NCBI GenBank assembly: GCA_032718475.1
Contig: JAUCBJ010004038.1
Coordinates: 1 to 36,738, forward strand
Direction: 5' to 3'
Length of the DNA: 36,738 nucleotides
Source: Nemertoderma westbladi
Taxonomy: Eukaryota; Animalia; Xenacoelomorpha
Made by a program: the position numbers and the translations under genes. Positions 19,977-34,300 of the stretch are shown in pieces. The notes under the pieces were generated by a model. The model made no database searches and was not told the origin of the DNA. It was given only the letters and a program-made list of their open reading frames with translations. Within the stretch, counting starts at the first letter, position 1, and every line of letters begins with the position of its first letter.

Positions 19977-20836
19977 GGTACGAACTAAAATACTGAACCA
20001 GCTGAAACCAGCTGAAACCAACTGAAGCCACCTGAAACCAGCAGTAAACCACCTGAAACTAGCTATGAAAACCAATAATATTTAGTTTCTAGGGGAACTT
20101 AGATCTCGACTTGGAACCAGGGGTGCTACCTTAAGATCTGTAGATCCTACAAGCGAACTTAGATTCTACATGCAAACTTGGATCCTGAGACCATAGATAC
20201 AAATTTAGATCCTGAGACCTGAGAAGCTGCAATTCTTGGCAGTTCAGCAGTTTGGCTACATTACAACAAAGTTCTGTTCATACCCTGCATTCGTACCATT
20301 ACTACATAAGTACATTACATACAGATCAGTCTGCCGGCAGCGCACACTCCCTGACTGTACATACTGTAGGCTTCATACTGTACAAATAATATACATATTA
20401 CAGTATTATAGGGTAGGATATAGGCCTACAGTATTAAATTTTTTTTTAATTTCAAATTTAATTGTAATTTTTAGTTTCTAAGTTTGTATGCAACAATCAA
20501 GGTCGCACCTGTAGATCGCACCCAGGCTGCCAGGATCTAAATTCGCATTTAGGATCTAAGGTCGAATCAGTAATATCACACCAAAGATCTAAGACCGTGT
20601 CTAAGATCCAGAGTCTCATAACTAGATAGAGCCCAGGATCTAAGTTCGTGTTTAGGATCTAAGGTAGCAGCCCTGGTTCCCAGCCGAGATCTAAGTTCCC
20701 ATAGAAACTAATATTATTGGTTTTCACAGCTGGTTTCAGTTGGTTTACTGCTGGTTTCAGGTGGTTTACTGCTGGTTTCAGTTGGTTTCAGCTGGTTTCA
20801 GGTGGTTTCAGCTGGTTCAGTATTTTAGTTCGTACC
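19977..20836. mobile_element. Non-autonomous Mutator-like (MULE) element, 860 bp
   Basis: Long TIRs (about 160-190 bp) starting GGTACGAACTAAAATACTGAACCAGC, containing 10-bp CTGAAACCAG subrepeats; perfect 9-bp TSD ATAGTGGAG at 19968-19976 and 20837-20845. Confidence 0.88.
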
Positions 20837-20856
20837 ATAGTGGAGGCGGGTTACAA

Positions 20857-22013
20857 AGTGTTCTACTGAGTCTGTTGCGCACCAATAAAAGCGGCATACC
20901 AAGAAGTGTGTTATATTTAGCTGATAGCAGCTTACCAGTGTGTTTTACTGAGCCGATGCGGCTTAGCAGTGTGTTTTACTGAGCCGATTGCGGCTTAGCA
21001 GTGTGTTTTACTGAGCACGTAGCAGCTGACCAGTGTGATCCACAGGGTCTGTGGCTGCTTACAAGGGTATTCTAACTTCGGTCTATTACTTGTAATGTAT
21101 GTTATACTGTACTGAGACCATGGATGCTTTGCTAAACAGGTTGTTTTAATGAGCCCGTAGCTGTTTACTAGGGTGTTCTAATGAGCCCATAACTGCTTAC
21201 TAGGGTGTTTCAATGAGTCAATAACTGCTTACTAGGGTGTTTTAATGAGTCAATAACTGTTTACTACGGTGTTTTAATGAGCTCATAGCTGCTTACTAGG
21301 GTGTTTTAATGAGTCAATAACTGTTTACTAGGGTGTTTTAATGAGCCAATAACTGTTTACTAGGGTTTTGTAATGAGCTCATAGCTGCTTACTAGGGTGT
21401 TTTAATGAGTCAATAACTGTTTACTAGGGTGTTTTAGTGTTTTAATGAGTCAATAACTGTTTACTAGGGTGTTTTAATGAGTCAATAACTGTTTACTAGG
21501 GTGTTTTAATGAGTCAATAACTGTTTACTAGGGTGTTTTAGTGTTTTAATGAGTCAATAACTGTTTACTAGGGTGTTTTAATGAGTCAATAACTGTTTAC
21601 TAGGGTGTTTTAGTGTTTTAATGAGTCAATAACTGTTTACTAGGGTGTTTTAATGAGTCAATAACTGTTTACTAGGGTGTTTTAGTGTTTTAATGAGTCA
21701 ATAACTGTTTACTAGGGTGTTTTAATGAGTCAATAACTGTTTAGTTTACTAGGGTGTTTTAATGAGTCAATAGCTGCTTACTAGGGTGTTTTAATGAGCT
21801 CATAGCTGCTTACTAGGGTGTTTTAATGAGTCAATAACTGTTTAGTTTACTAGGGTGTTTCAATGAGTCAATAACTGTTTAGTTTACTAGGGTGTTTTAA
21901 TGAGTCAATAACTGTTTACTAGGGTGTTTTAATGAGCTCATAGCTGCTTACTAGGGTGTTTTAATGAGCCAATAACTGTTTACTAGGGTGTTTTAATGAG
22001 CCAATAACTGTTT
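20857..22013. repeat. 32-bp satellite, block 1 (degenerate monomers at the left edge)
   Basis: Consensus ACTAGGGTGTTTTAATGAGTCAATAACTGTTT. Confidence 0.95.
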
Positions 22014-23249
22014 TCTAAACTCCATCCAGGCACCAATATTAATTGGTCTATATTATTGAGTAATTATATCTAATATTGTTCGAACGTGCACCAATATTAA
22101 TTGGTCTATTATATTGGGTAATTATATTTAAGATTGTTTGAATGTAAAGTCTCTGCCCAGAAAGTCCACCCGCGCGCAGGTGATAATTAGGGGTCAACTC
22201 CATATTGACCCCACATCAGGCTATAGATAGGGGCGCATCGGGACTAAAACTTCAAGAGTTTTCACTCTGCCTCAGGCATAACTGTTGATCCCTGCACCTC
22301 AGTACAGCAGAGGTCCCTGGCCTAGAAGTCAGCTCTGTTTCGAGTGGGGGCCGTCTTTGTTGCTGGATCGGGCCTGCGAAAGGCTTTGCGGTCGCCAGTA
22401 ACGTAAGACGGTTCCGCCGTTGGTCTGAGCACATTGGCTAGACAAGCCCGGAGCGCTTGTGTGCTCGCTATTGCCTACCAGGCCAAAGTGGCAGCGTCTC
22501 CACCGGCTCGGCTCTCCTGCCCATGGTAGTGCTGGTATACTGTCCGCAGGCTATACGTTTATTTGTGGTTCACCCTCTATGGTCTGAGAACAAATTGCAG
22601 CTAACCTTTTAAGTCCAATCGGTCCCACCCCTGTTTGGACTCAGACGGTAACCTGGTGTTCTGCACAATCGCCAAGTTCCAATAGCGTGAAGCTGCACCA
22701 AGTTTATTACGACGTTCTACAGCTTTTAGAATTTATTGGCCCATGATTTTTTCACGATTTATTAAGACGTTTTTCAAAACAATTGATTATTACTATACTT
22801 TTTCCCTTTATTTGTATATTTTTTCCGGTGTATTTTTAGCAAAACAAAACGGCTAAAAATATGGTATATTTTCTCTGCTTTTTGGATTATTAGAGGCTAT
22901 ACTTTGGATCCTAACGGACCCAAAGCACCCCTCACCCGGTTTCTATATTTTTCCTCATCCCAGAGGTTTTTCTACAGTGTTACAGTAAGTTGTTTCATTT
23001 ATTTAGAAGGAAGCAATATACAGTATTATTTGGGAAGAATTGAAAATCACTGTGTTTTTGTACTATATTGAAAAGTTGTGGATGTCCGTAAATAACAAGT
23101 CATTGAAGGACCGTGTTCTAGTGGAAATATTTTATGTTAGCCGGAAAATCAAAACACTAAGCGAAAGTAATGCACTACCTGGAACTTTTTTGAGATTCAA
23201 AGCCGTTTTGGGAGCTTATCGTGCCAAGGAGCACGAGAAATCCATTACA
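22014..23249. repeat. Non-satellite insert, copy 1 (1.24 kb)
   Basis: Nearly identical to 27177-28358; carries an extra 58-bp internal tandem duplication (starts at 22031 and 22089). Confidence 0.9.
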
Positions 23250-26200
23250 AGCTGCTTACTAGAGTGTTTTAATGAGTCAATGCTGCTTACTAGAGTGTTT
23301 TAATGAGTCAATGCTGCTTACTAGGGTGTTTTAATGTGTCAATAACTGTTTACTATGGTGTTTTAATGAGCTCATAGCTGCTTACTAGGGTGTTTCAGTG
23401 AGCCAATAACTGTTTACTCGGGTGTTTTAATGAGTCAATAGCTGCTTACTAGGGTGTTTTAATGAGCCAATAACTGTTTACTAGGGTGTTTTAATGAGTC
23501 AATGCTGCTTACTAGAGTGTTTTAATGAGTCAATGCTGCTTACTAGGGTGTTTTAATGAGCCAATAATTGTTTACTAGGGTGTTGTAATGAGCCAATAAC
23601 TGCTTACTAGAGTGTTTTAATGAGCCAATAACTGTTTACTAGGGTGTTTTAATGAGTCAATGCTGCTTACTAGAGTGTTTTAATGAGTCAATGCTGCTTA
23701 CTAGAGTGTTTTAATGAGCCAATAACTGTTTACTAGGGTGTTTTAATGAGTCAATGCTGCTTACTAGAGTGTTTTAATGAGTCAATGCTGCTTACTAGAG
23801 TGTTTTAATGAGCCAATAACTGTTTACTAGGGTGTTTTAATGAGTCAATGCTGCTTACTAGAGTGTTTTAATGAGTCAATGCTGCTTACTAGAGTGTTTT
23901 AATGAGCCAATAACTGTTTACTAGGGTGTTTTAATGAGTCAATGCTGCTTACTAGAGTGTTTTAATGAGTCAATGCTGCTTACTAGAGTGTTTTAATGAG
24001 CCAATAACTGTTTACTAGGGTGTTTTAATGAGTCAATGCTGCTTACTAGAGTGTTTTAATGAGTCAATGCTGCTTACTAGAGTGTTTTAATGAGCCAATA
24101 ACTGTTTACTAGGGTGTTTTAATGAGTCAATGCTGCTTACTAGAGTGTTTTAATGAGTCAATGCTGCTTACTAGGGTGTTTTAATGAGCCAATAACTGTT
24201 TACTCGGGTGTTTTAATGAGTCAATAGCTGCTTACTAGGGTGTTTTAATGAGCCAATAACAGTTTACTAGGGTGTTTTAATGAGTCAATAACTGTTTACT
24301 AGGGTGTTGTAATGAATCAAAAACTGTTTACTAGGGTGTAGTAATGAGTCAATAACTGTTTACTAGGGTGTTTTAATGAGCCAATAACTGCTTACTAGAG
24401 TGTTTTAATGAGTCAATAACTGTTTACTCGGGTGTTTTAATGAGTCAATAACTGTTTACTAGGGTGTTGTAATGAATCAAAAACTGTTTACTAGGGTGTA
24501 GTAATGAGTCAATAACTGTTTACTCGGGTGTTTTAATGAGTCAATAACTGTTTACTAGGGTGTTGTAATGAATCAAAAACTGTTTACTAGGGTGTAGTAA
24601 TGAGTCAATAACTGTTTACTCGGGTGTTTTAATGAGTCAATAACTGTTTACTAGGGTGTTGTAATGAGCTCATAGCTGCTTACTAGGGTGTTTTAATGAG
24701 CCAATAACTGCTTACTAGAGTGTTTTAATGAGTCAATAACTGTTTACTCGGGTGTTTTAATGAGTCAATAACTGTTTACTAGGGTGTTGTAATGAATCAA
24801 AAACTGTTTACTAGGGTGTAGTAATGAGTCAATAACTGTTTACTCGGGTGTTTTAATGAGTCAATAACTGTTTACTAGGGTGTTGTAATGAATCAAAAAC
24901 TGTTTACTAGGGTGTAGTAATGAGTCAATAACTGTTTACTCGGGTGTTTTAATGAGTCAATAACTGTTTACTAGGGTGTTGTAATGAATCAAAAACTGTT
25001 TACTAGGGTGTAGTAATGAGTCAATAACTGTTTACTCGGGTGTTTTAATGAGTCAATAACTGTTTACTAGGGTGTTGTAATGAATCAAAAACTGTTTACT
25101 AGGGTGTAGTAATGAGTCAATAACTGTTTACTCGGGTGTTTTAATGAGTCAATAACTGTTTACTAGGGTGTTGTAATGAATCAAAAACTGTTTACTAGGG
25201 TGTAGTAATGAGTCAATAACTGTTTACTAGGGTGTTTTAATGAGCTCATAGCTGCTTACTAGAGTGTTTTAATGAGTCAATGCTGCTTACTAGGGTGTTT
25301 TAATGAGCCAATAACTGTTTACTCGGGTGTTTTAATGAGTCAATAACTGTTTACTAGGGTGTTGTAATGAATCAAAAACTGTTTACTAGGGTGTAGTAAT
25401 GAGTCAATAACTGTTTACTCGGGTGTTTTAATGAGTCAATAACTGTTTACTAGGGTGTTGTAATGAATCAAAAACTGTTTACTAGGGTGTAGTAATGAGT
25501 CAATAACTGTTTACTAGGGTGTTTTAATGAGCTCATAGCTGCTTACTAGGGTGTTTTAATGAGCCAATAACTGTTTACTAGGGTGTTTTAATGTGTCAAT
25601 AACTGTTTACTAGGGTGTTTTAATGAGCTCATAGCTGCTTACTAGGGTGTTTTAATGAGCCAATAACTGTTTACTAGGGTGTTTTAATGTGTCAATAACT
25701 GTTTACTCGGGTGTTTTAATGAGTCAATAACTGTTTACTATGGTGTAGTAATGAGTCAATAACTGTTTACTAGGGTGTTTTAATGAGCTCATAGCTGCTT
25801 ACTAGGGTGTTTTAATGAGCCAATAACTGTTTACTAGGGTGTTTTAATGTGTCAATAACTGTTTACTAGGGTGTTGTAATGAGCTCATAGCTGCTTACTA
25901 GGGTGTTTTAATGAGCCAATAACTGCTTACTAGAGTGTTTTAATGAGCCAATAACTGTTTACTAGGGTGTTGTAATGAATCAAAAACTGTTTACTAGGGT
26001 GTAGTAATGAGTCAATAACTGTTTACTAGGGTGTTTTAATGTGTCAATAACTGTTTACTAGGGTGTTTTAATGAGCCAATAACTGCTTACTAGAGTGTTT
26101 TAATGAGCCAATAACTGTTTACTAGGGTGTTGTAATGAATCAAAAACTGTTTACTAGGGTGTAGTAATGAGTCAATAACTGTTTACTAGGGTGTTTTAAT

Positions 26201-27176
26201 GAGTCAATAACTGTTTACTAGGGTGTTGTAATGAATCAAAAACTGTTTACTAGGGTGTAGTAATGAGTCAATAACTGTTTACTAGGGTGTTTTAATGAGC
26301 TCATAGCTGCTTACTAGGGTGTTTTAATGAGCCAATAACTGTTTACTAGGGTGTTTTAATGAGTCAATAACTGTTTACTAGGGTGTTGTAATGAATCAAA
26401 AACTGTTTACTAGGGTGTAGTAATGAGCTCATAGCTGCTTACTGGGGTGTTTTAATGAGCCAATAACTGTTTACTAGGGTGTTTTAATGTGTCAATAACT
26501 GTTTACTAGGGTGTTGTAATGAGCTCATAGCTGCTTACTAGGGTGTTTTAATGAGCCAATAACTGCTTACTAGAGTGTTTTAATGAGCCAATAACTGTTT
26601 ACTAGGGTGTTGTAATGAATCAAAAACTGTTTACTAGGGTGTAGTAATGAGTCAATAACTGTTTACTAGGGTGTTTTAATGTGTCAATAACTGTTTACTA
26701 GGGTGTTTTAATGAGTCAATAACTGTTTACTAGGGTGTTGTAATGAATCAAAAACTGTTTACTAGGGTGTAGTAATGAGCTCATAGCTGCTTACTAGGGT
26801 GTTTTAATGAGCCAATAACTGTTTACTAGGGTGTTTTAATGTGTCAATAACTGTTTACTAGGGTGTTGTAATGAGCTCATAGCTGCTTACTAGGGTGTTT
26901 TAATGAGCCAATAACTGCTTACTAGAGTGTTTTAATGAGCCAATAACTGTTTACTAGGGTGTAGTAATGAGTCAATAACTGTTTACTAGGGTGTTTTAAT
27001 GTGTCAATAACTGTTTACTAGGGTTTTGTAATGCGCCAATAACTGCTTACTAGAGTGTTTTAATGAGTCAATAACTGTTTACTAGGGTGTTTTAATGAGC
27101 TCATAGCTGCTTACTAGGGTGTTTTAATGAGCCAATAACTGTTTACTAGGGTGTTTTAATGAGCCAATAACTGTTT
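23250..27176. repeat. 32-bp satellite, block 2
   Basis: Same consensus with 31-bp variants and 3-mer higher-order runs. Confidence 0.97.
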
Positions 27177-28358
27177 TCTAAACTCCATCCAGGCACCAAT
27201 ATTAATTGGTCTATTATATTGGGTAATTATATTTAAGATTGTTTGAATGTAAAGTCTCTGCCCAGAAAGTCCACCCGCGCGCAGGTGATAATTAGGGGTC
27301 AACTCCCTCCATATTGACCCCACATCAGGCTATAGATAGGGGCGCATCGGGACTAAAACTTCAAGAGTTTTCACTCTGCCTCAGGCATAACTGTTGATCC
27401 CTGCACCTCAGTACAGCAGAGGTCCCTGGCCTAGAAGTCAGCTCTGTTTCGAGTGGGGGCCGTCTTTGTTGCTGGATCGGGCCTGCGAAAGGCTTTGCGG
27501 TCGCCAGTAACGTAAGACGGTTCCGCCGTTGGTCTGAGCACATTGGCTAGACAAGCCCGGAGCGCTTGTGTGCTCGCTATTGCCTACCAGGCCAAAGTGG
27601 CAGCGTCTCCACCGGCTCGGCTCTCCTGCCCATGGTAGTGCTGGTATACTGTCCGCAGGCTATACGTTTATTTGTGGTTCACCCTCTATGGTCTGAGAAC
27701 AAATTGCAGCTAACCTTTTAAGTCCAATCGGTACCACCCCTGTTTGGACTCAGACGGTAACCTGGTGTTCTGCACAATCGCCAAGTTCCAATAGCGTGAA
27801 GCTGCACCAAGTTTATTACGACGTTCTACAGCTTTTAGAATTTATTGGCCCATGATTTTTTCACGATTTATTAAGACGTTTTTCAAAACAATTGATTATT
27901 ACTATACTTTTTCCCTTTATTTGTATATTTTTTCCGATGTATTTTTAGCAAAACAAAACGGCTAAAAATATGGTATATTTTCTCTGCTTTTTGGATTATT
28001 AGAGGCTATACTTTGGATCCTAACGGACCCAAAGCACCCCTCACCCGGTTTCTATATTTTTCCTCATCCCAGAGGTTTTTCTACAGTGTTACAGTAAGTT
28101 GTTTCATTTATTTAGAAGGAAGCAATATACAGTATTATTTGGGAAGAATTGAAAATCACTGTGTTTTTGTACTATATTGAAAAGTTGTGGATGTCCGTAA
28201 ATAACAAGTCATTGAAGGACCGTGTTCTAGTGGAAATATTTTATGTTAGCCGGAAAATCAAAACACTAAGCGAAAGTAATGCACTACCTGGAACTTTTTT
28301 GAGATTCAAAGCCGTTTTGGGAGCTTATCGTGCCAAGGAGCACGAGAAATCCATTACA
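27177..28358. repeat. Non-satellite insert, copy 2 (1.18 kb)
   Basis: Differs from copy 1 by a 4-bp CTCC insertion, two substitutions seen by eye and the absence of the 58-bp duplication. Confidence 0.9.
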
Positions 28359-31300
28359 AGCTGCTTACTAGAGTGTTTTAATGAGTCAATGCTGCTTACT
28401 AGAGTGTTTTAATGAGCCAATAACTGTTTACTATGGTGTTGTAATGAGCTCATAGCTGCTTACTAGAGTGTTTTAATGAGTCAATGCTGCTTACTAGGGT
28501 GTTTTAATGTGTCAATAACAGTTTACTATGGTGTTGTAATGAGCTCATAGCTGTTTACTCGGGTGTTTTAATGAGTCAATAACTGTTTACTAGGGTGTTG
28601 TAATGAGCTCATAGCTGCTTACTAGAGTGTTTTAATGAGTCAATGCTGCTTACTAGGGTGTTTTAATGTGTCAATAACTGTTTACTCGGGTGTTTTAATG
28701 AGTCAATAACTGTTTACTAGGGTGTTGTAATGAGCTCATAGCTGCTTACTAGAGTGTTTTAATGAGTCAATGCTGCTTACTAGGGTGTTTTAATGTGTCA
28801 ATAACTGTTTACTCGGGTGTTTTAATGAGTCAATAACTGTTTACTAGGGTGTTGTAATGAGCTCATAGCTGCTTACTAGAGTGTTTTAATGAGTCAATGC
28901 TGCTTACTAGGGTGTTTTAATGAGCCAATAACTGCTTACTAGAGTGTTTTAATGAGCCAATAACTGTTTACTATGGTGTTGTAATGAGCTCAGAGCTGCT
29001 TACTAGAGTGTTTTAATGAGTCAATGCTGCTTACTAGGGTGTTTTAATGTGTCAATAACTGTTTACTAGGGTGTTTTAATGAGCAAATAACTGTTTACTA
29101 GGGTGTTTTAATGAGTCAATAACTGTTTACTAGGGTGTTGTAATGAGCTCATAGCTGCTTACTAGGGTGTTTTAATGAGTCAATAACTGTTTACTAGGGT
29201 GTTTTAATGAGTAAATAACTGTTTACTCGGGTGTTTTAATGAGTCAATAACTGTTTACTAGGGTGTTGTAATGAGCTCATAGCTGCTTACTAGAGTGTTT
29301 TAATGAGTCAATGCTGCTTACTAGAGTGTTTTAATGAGCCAATAACTGTTTACTCGGGTGTTTTAATGAGTCAATAACTGTTTACTCGGGTGTTTTAATG
29401 AGTCAATAACTGTTTACTAGGGTGTTGTAATGAGCTCATAGCTGCTTACTAGAGTGTTTTAATGAGTCAATGCTGCTTACTAGAGTGTTTTAATGAGTCA
29501 ATGCTGCTTACTAGAGTGTTTTAATGAGCCAATAACTGTTTACTCGGGTGTTTTAATGAGTAAATAACTGTTTACTCGGGTGTTTTAATGAGTCAATAAC
29601 TGTTTACTAGGGTGTTGTAATGAGCTCATAGCTGCTTACTAGAGTGTTTTAATGAGTCAATGCTGCTTACTAGGGTGTTTTAATGTGTCAATAACTGTTT
29701 ACTCGGGTGTTTTAATGTGTCAATAACTGTTTACTAGGGTGTTGTAATGAGCTCATAGCTGCTTACTAGAGTGTTTTAATGAGTCAATGCTGCTTACTAG
29801 GGTGTTTTAATGAGCCAATAACTGCTTACTAGAGTGTTTTAATGAGCCAATAACTGTTTACTATGGTGTTGTAATGAGCTCATAGCTGCTTACTAGAGTG
29901 TTTTAATGAGTCAATGCTGCTTACTAGAGTGTTTTAATGAGTCAATAACTGCTTACTAGAGTGTTTTAATGAGTCAATGCTGCTTACTAGAGTGTTTTAA
30001 TGAGCCAATAACTGTTTACTATGGTGTTGTAATGAGCTCATAGCTGCTTACTAGAGTGTTTTAATGAGTCAATGCTGCTTACTAGGGTGTTTTAATGTGT
30101 CAATAACTGTTTACTCGGGTGTTTTAATGTGTCAATAACTGCTTACTAGAGTGTTTTAATGAGTCAATGCTGCTTACTAGGGTGTTTTAATGAGCCAATA
30201 ACTGCTTACTAGAGTGTTTTAATGAGTCAATGCTGCTTACTAGAGTGTTTTAATGAGCCAATAACTGTTTACTATGGTGTTGTAATGAGCTCATAGCTGC
30301 TTACTAGAGTGTTTTAATGAGTCAATGCTGCTTACTAGGGTGTTTTAATGTGTCAATAACTGTTTACTCGGGTGTTTTAATGTGTCAATAACTGTTTACT
30401 AGGGTGTTGTAATGAGCTCATAGCTGCTTACTAGAGTGTTTTAATGAGTCAATGCTGCTTACTAGGGTGTTTTAATGAGCCAATAACTGCTTACTAGAGT
30501 GTTTTAATGAGCCAATAACTGTTTACTATGGTGTTGTAATGAGCTCATAGCTGCTTACTAGAGTGTTTTAATGAGTCAATGCTGCTTACTAGAGTGTTTT
30601 AATGAGTCAATGCTGCTTACTAGGGTGTTTTAATGTGTCAATAACTGTTTACTCGGGTGTTTTAATGAGTCAATAACTGTTTACTAGGGTGTTGTAATGA
30701 GCTCATAGCTGCTTACTAGGGTGTTTTAATGAGCTCATAGCTGCTTACTAGGGTGTTTTAATGAGCCAATAACTGCTTACTAGAGTGTTTTAATGAGCCA
30801 ATAACTGTTTACTATGGTGTTGTAATGAGCTCATAGCTGCTTACTAGAGTGTTTTAATGAGTCAATGCTGCTTACTAGGGTGTTTTAATGTGTCAATAAC
30901 TGTTTACTATGGTGTTGTAATGAGCTCATAGCTGCTTACTAGAGTGTTTTAATGAGTCAATGCTGCTTACTAGGGTGTTTTAATGAGCCAATAACTGCTT
31001 ACTAGAGTGTTTTAATGAGCCAATAACTGTTTACTAGGGTGTTGTAATGAATCAAAAACTGTTTACTAGGGTGTAGTAATGAGTCAATAACTGTTTACTA
31101 GGGTGTTTTAATGTGTCAATAACTGTTTACTAGGGTGTTGTAATGAGCTCATAGCTGCTTACTAGGGTGTTTTAATGAGCTCATAGCTGCTTACTAGGGT
31201 GTTTTAATGAGCCAATAACTGCTTACTAGAGTGTTTTAATGAGCCAATAACTGCTTACTAGGGTGTTTTAATGAGCTCATAGCTGCTTACTAGGGTGTTT

Positions 31301-34300
31301 TAATGAGCCAATAACTGCTTACTAGAGTGTTTTAATGAGCCAATAACTGTTTACTAGGGTGTTGTAATGAATCAAAAACTGTTTACTAGGGTGTAGTAAT
31401 GAGTCAATAACTGTTTACTAGGGTGTTTTAATGTGTCAATAACTGTTTACTAGGGTGTTGTAATGAGCTCATAGCTGCTTACTAGGGTGTTTTAATGAGT
31501 CAATAACTGTTTACTAGGGTTTTGTAATGCGCCAATAACTGCTTACTAGAGTGTTTTAATGAGCCAATAACTGTTTACTAGGGTGTTTTAATGTGTCAAT
31601 AACTGTTTACTAGGGTGTTGTAATGAGCTCATAGCTGCTTACTAGGGTGTTTTAATGAGTCAATAACTGTTTACTAGGGTTTTGTAATGCGCCAATAACT
31701 GCTTACTAGAGTGTTTTAATGAGCCAATAACTGTTTACTAGGGTGTTTTAATGAGTCAATAACTGTTTACTAGGGTGTTGTAATGAATCAAAAACTGTTT
31801 ACTAGGGTGTAGTAATGAGTCAATAACTGTTTACTAGGGTGTTTTAATGTGTCAATAACTGTTTACTAGGGTTTTGTAATGCGCCAATAACTGCTTACTA
31901 GAGTGTTTTAATGAGTAAATAACTGTTTACTAGGGTGTTTTAATGAGCCAATAACTGTTTACTAGGGTGTTGTAATGAATCAAAAACTGTTTACTAGGGT
32001 GTAGTAATGAGTCAATAACTGTTTACTAGGGTGTTTTAATGTGTCAATAACTGTTTACTAGGGTTTTGTAATGCGCCAATAACTGCTTACTAGAGTGTTT
32101 TAATGAGTCAATAACTGTTTACTAGGGTGTTGTAATGAGCTCATAGCTGCTTACTAGAGTGTTTTAATGAGTAAATAACTGTTTACTTGGGTGTTGTAAT
32201 GAGCTCATAGCTACTTACTAGGGTGTTTTATTGAGCCAATAATTGTTTACTAGGGTGTTTTAATGAGTCAATGGCTGCTTACTAGGGTGTTTTAATGAGC
32301 CAATAACTGCTTACTAGGGTGTTTTAATGAGCTCATAGCTGCTTACTAGGGTGTTTTAATGAGCCAATAACTGCTTACTAGAGTGTTTTAATGAGTCAAT
32401 AACTGTTTACTCGGGTGTTTTAATGAGTCAATAACTGTTTACTAGGGTGTTGTAATGAATCAAAAACTGTTTACTAGGGTGTAGTAATGAGTCAATAACT
32501 GTTTACTAGGGTGTTTTAATGTGTCAATAACTGTTTACTAGGGTTTTGTAATGCGCCAATAACTGCTTACTAGAGTGTTTTAATGAGTAAATAACTGTTT
32601 ACTAGGGTGTTTTAATGAGCCAATAACTGTTTACTAGAGTGTTGTAATGAATCAAAAACTGTTTACTAGGGTGTAGTAATGAGTCAATAACTGTTTACTA
32701 GGGTGTTTTAATGTGTCAATAACTGTTTACTAGGGTTTTGTAATGCGCCAATAACTGCTTACCAGAGTGTTTTAATGAGTCAATAACTGTTTACTAGGGT
32801 GTTGTAATGAGCTCATAGCTGCTTACTAGGGTGTTTTAATGAGCCAATAACTGCTTACTAGAGTGTTTTAATGAGTCAATAACTGTTTACTAGGGTGTTG
32901 TAATGAATCAAAAACTGTTTACTAGGGTGTAGTAATGAGTCAATAACTGTTTACTAGGGTGTTTTAATGTGTCAATAACTGTTTACTAGAGTTTTGTAAT
33001 GCGCAAATAACTGCTTACTAGAGTGTTTTAATGAGTCAATAACTGTTTACTAGGGTGTTGTAATGAGCTCATAGCTGCTTACTAGGGTGTTTCAGTGAGC
33101 CAATAACTGCTTACTAGAGTGTTTTAATGAGTCAATAACTGTTTACTTGGGTGTTGTAATGAGCTCATAGCTGCTTACTAGGGTGTTTTAATGTGTCAAT
33201 AACTGTTTACTAGGGTTTTGTAATGCGCCAATAACTGCTTACTAGGGTGTTGTAATGAGTCAATAACTGTTTACTAGGGTGTTGTAATGAGCTCATAGCT
33301 GCTTACTAGGGTGTTTTAATGAGCCAATAACTGCTTACTAGAGTGTTTTAATGAGTCAATAACTGTTTACTAGGGTGTTGTAATGAATCAAAAACTGTTT
33401 ACTAGGGTGTAGTAATGAGTCAATAACTGTTTACTAGGGTGTTTTAATGTGTCAATAACTGTTTACTAGAGTTTTGTAATGCGCAAATAACTGCTTACTA
33501 GAGTGTTTTAATGAGTCAATAACTGTTTACTAGGGTGTTGTAATGAGCTCATAGCTGCTTACTAGGGTGTTTCAGTGAGCCAATAACTGCTTACTAGAGT
33601 GTTTTAATGAGTCAATAACTGTTTACTTGGGTGTTGTAATGAGCTCATAGCTGCTTACTAGAGTGTTTTAATGAGTAAATAACTGTTTACTTGGGTGTTG
33701 TAATGAGCTCATAGCTACTTACTAGGGTGTTTTATTGAGCCAATAATTGTTTACTAGGGTGTTTTAATGAGTCAATGGCTGCTTACTAGGGTGTTTTAAT
33801 GAGCCAATAACTGCTTACTAGGGTGTTTTAATGAGCTCATAGCTGCTTACTAGGGTGTTTTAATGAGTCAATAACTGTTTACTAGGGTGTTGTAATGAGC
33901 TCATAGCTGCTTACTAGAGTGTTTTAATGAGTCAATAACTGTTTACTAGGGTGTTGTAATGAGCTCATAGCTACTTACTAGGGTGTTTTATTGAGCCAAT
34001 AATTGTTTACTAGGGTGTTTTAATGAGTCAATGGCTGCTTACTAGGGTGTTTTAATGAGCCAATAACTGCTTACTAGGGTGTTTTAATGAGCTCATAGCT
34101 GCTTACTAGGGTGTTTTAATGAGTAAATAACTGTTTACTTGGGTGTTGTAATGAGCTCATAGCTACTTACTAGGGTGTTTTATTGAGCCAATAATTGTTT
34201 ACTAGGGTGTTTTAATGAGTCAATGGCTGCTTACTAGGGTGTTTTAATGAGCCAATAACTGCTTACTAGGGTGTTTTAATGAGCTCATAGCTGCTTACTA

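Noticed and set aside
22185-22222. Minus-strand CTGATGT-stem-TAAT resembling a hammerhead core
   Set aside because: A9 and the GAAA motif are missing, and no stem I/III with an NUH triplet is present.
22155-22650. GAAAGTCC and GGTCTGAG/CTCAGAC motifs reminiscent of RNase P/MRP RNA
   Set aside because: The conserved regions are incomplete and not in the right context; this cannot be supported without a covariance-model search.
23040-23303. 87-aa ORF duplicated at 28149-28412
   Set aside because: Starts at TTG, runs into satellite sequence and has no recognisable domain; the identity simply reflects the recent duplication.
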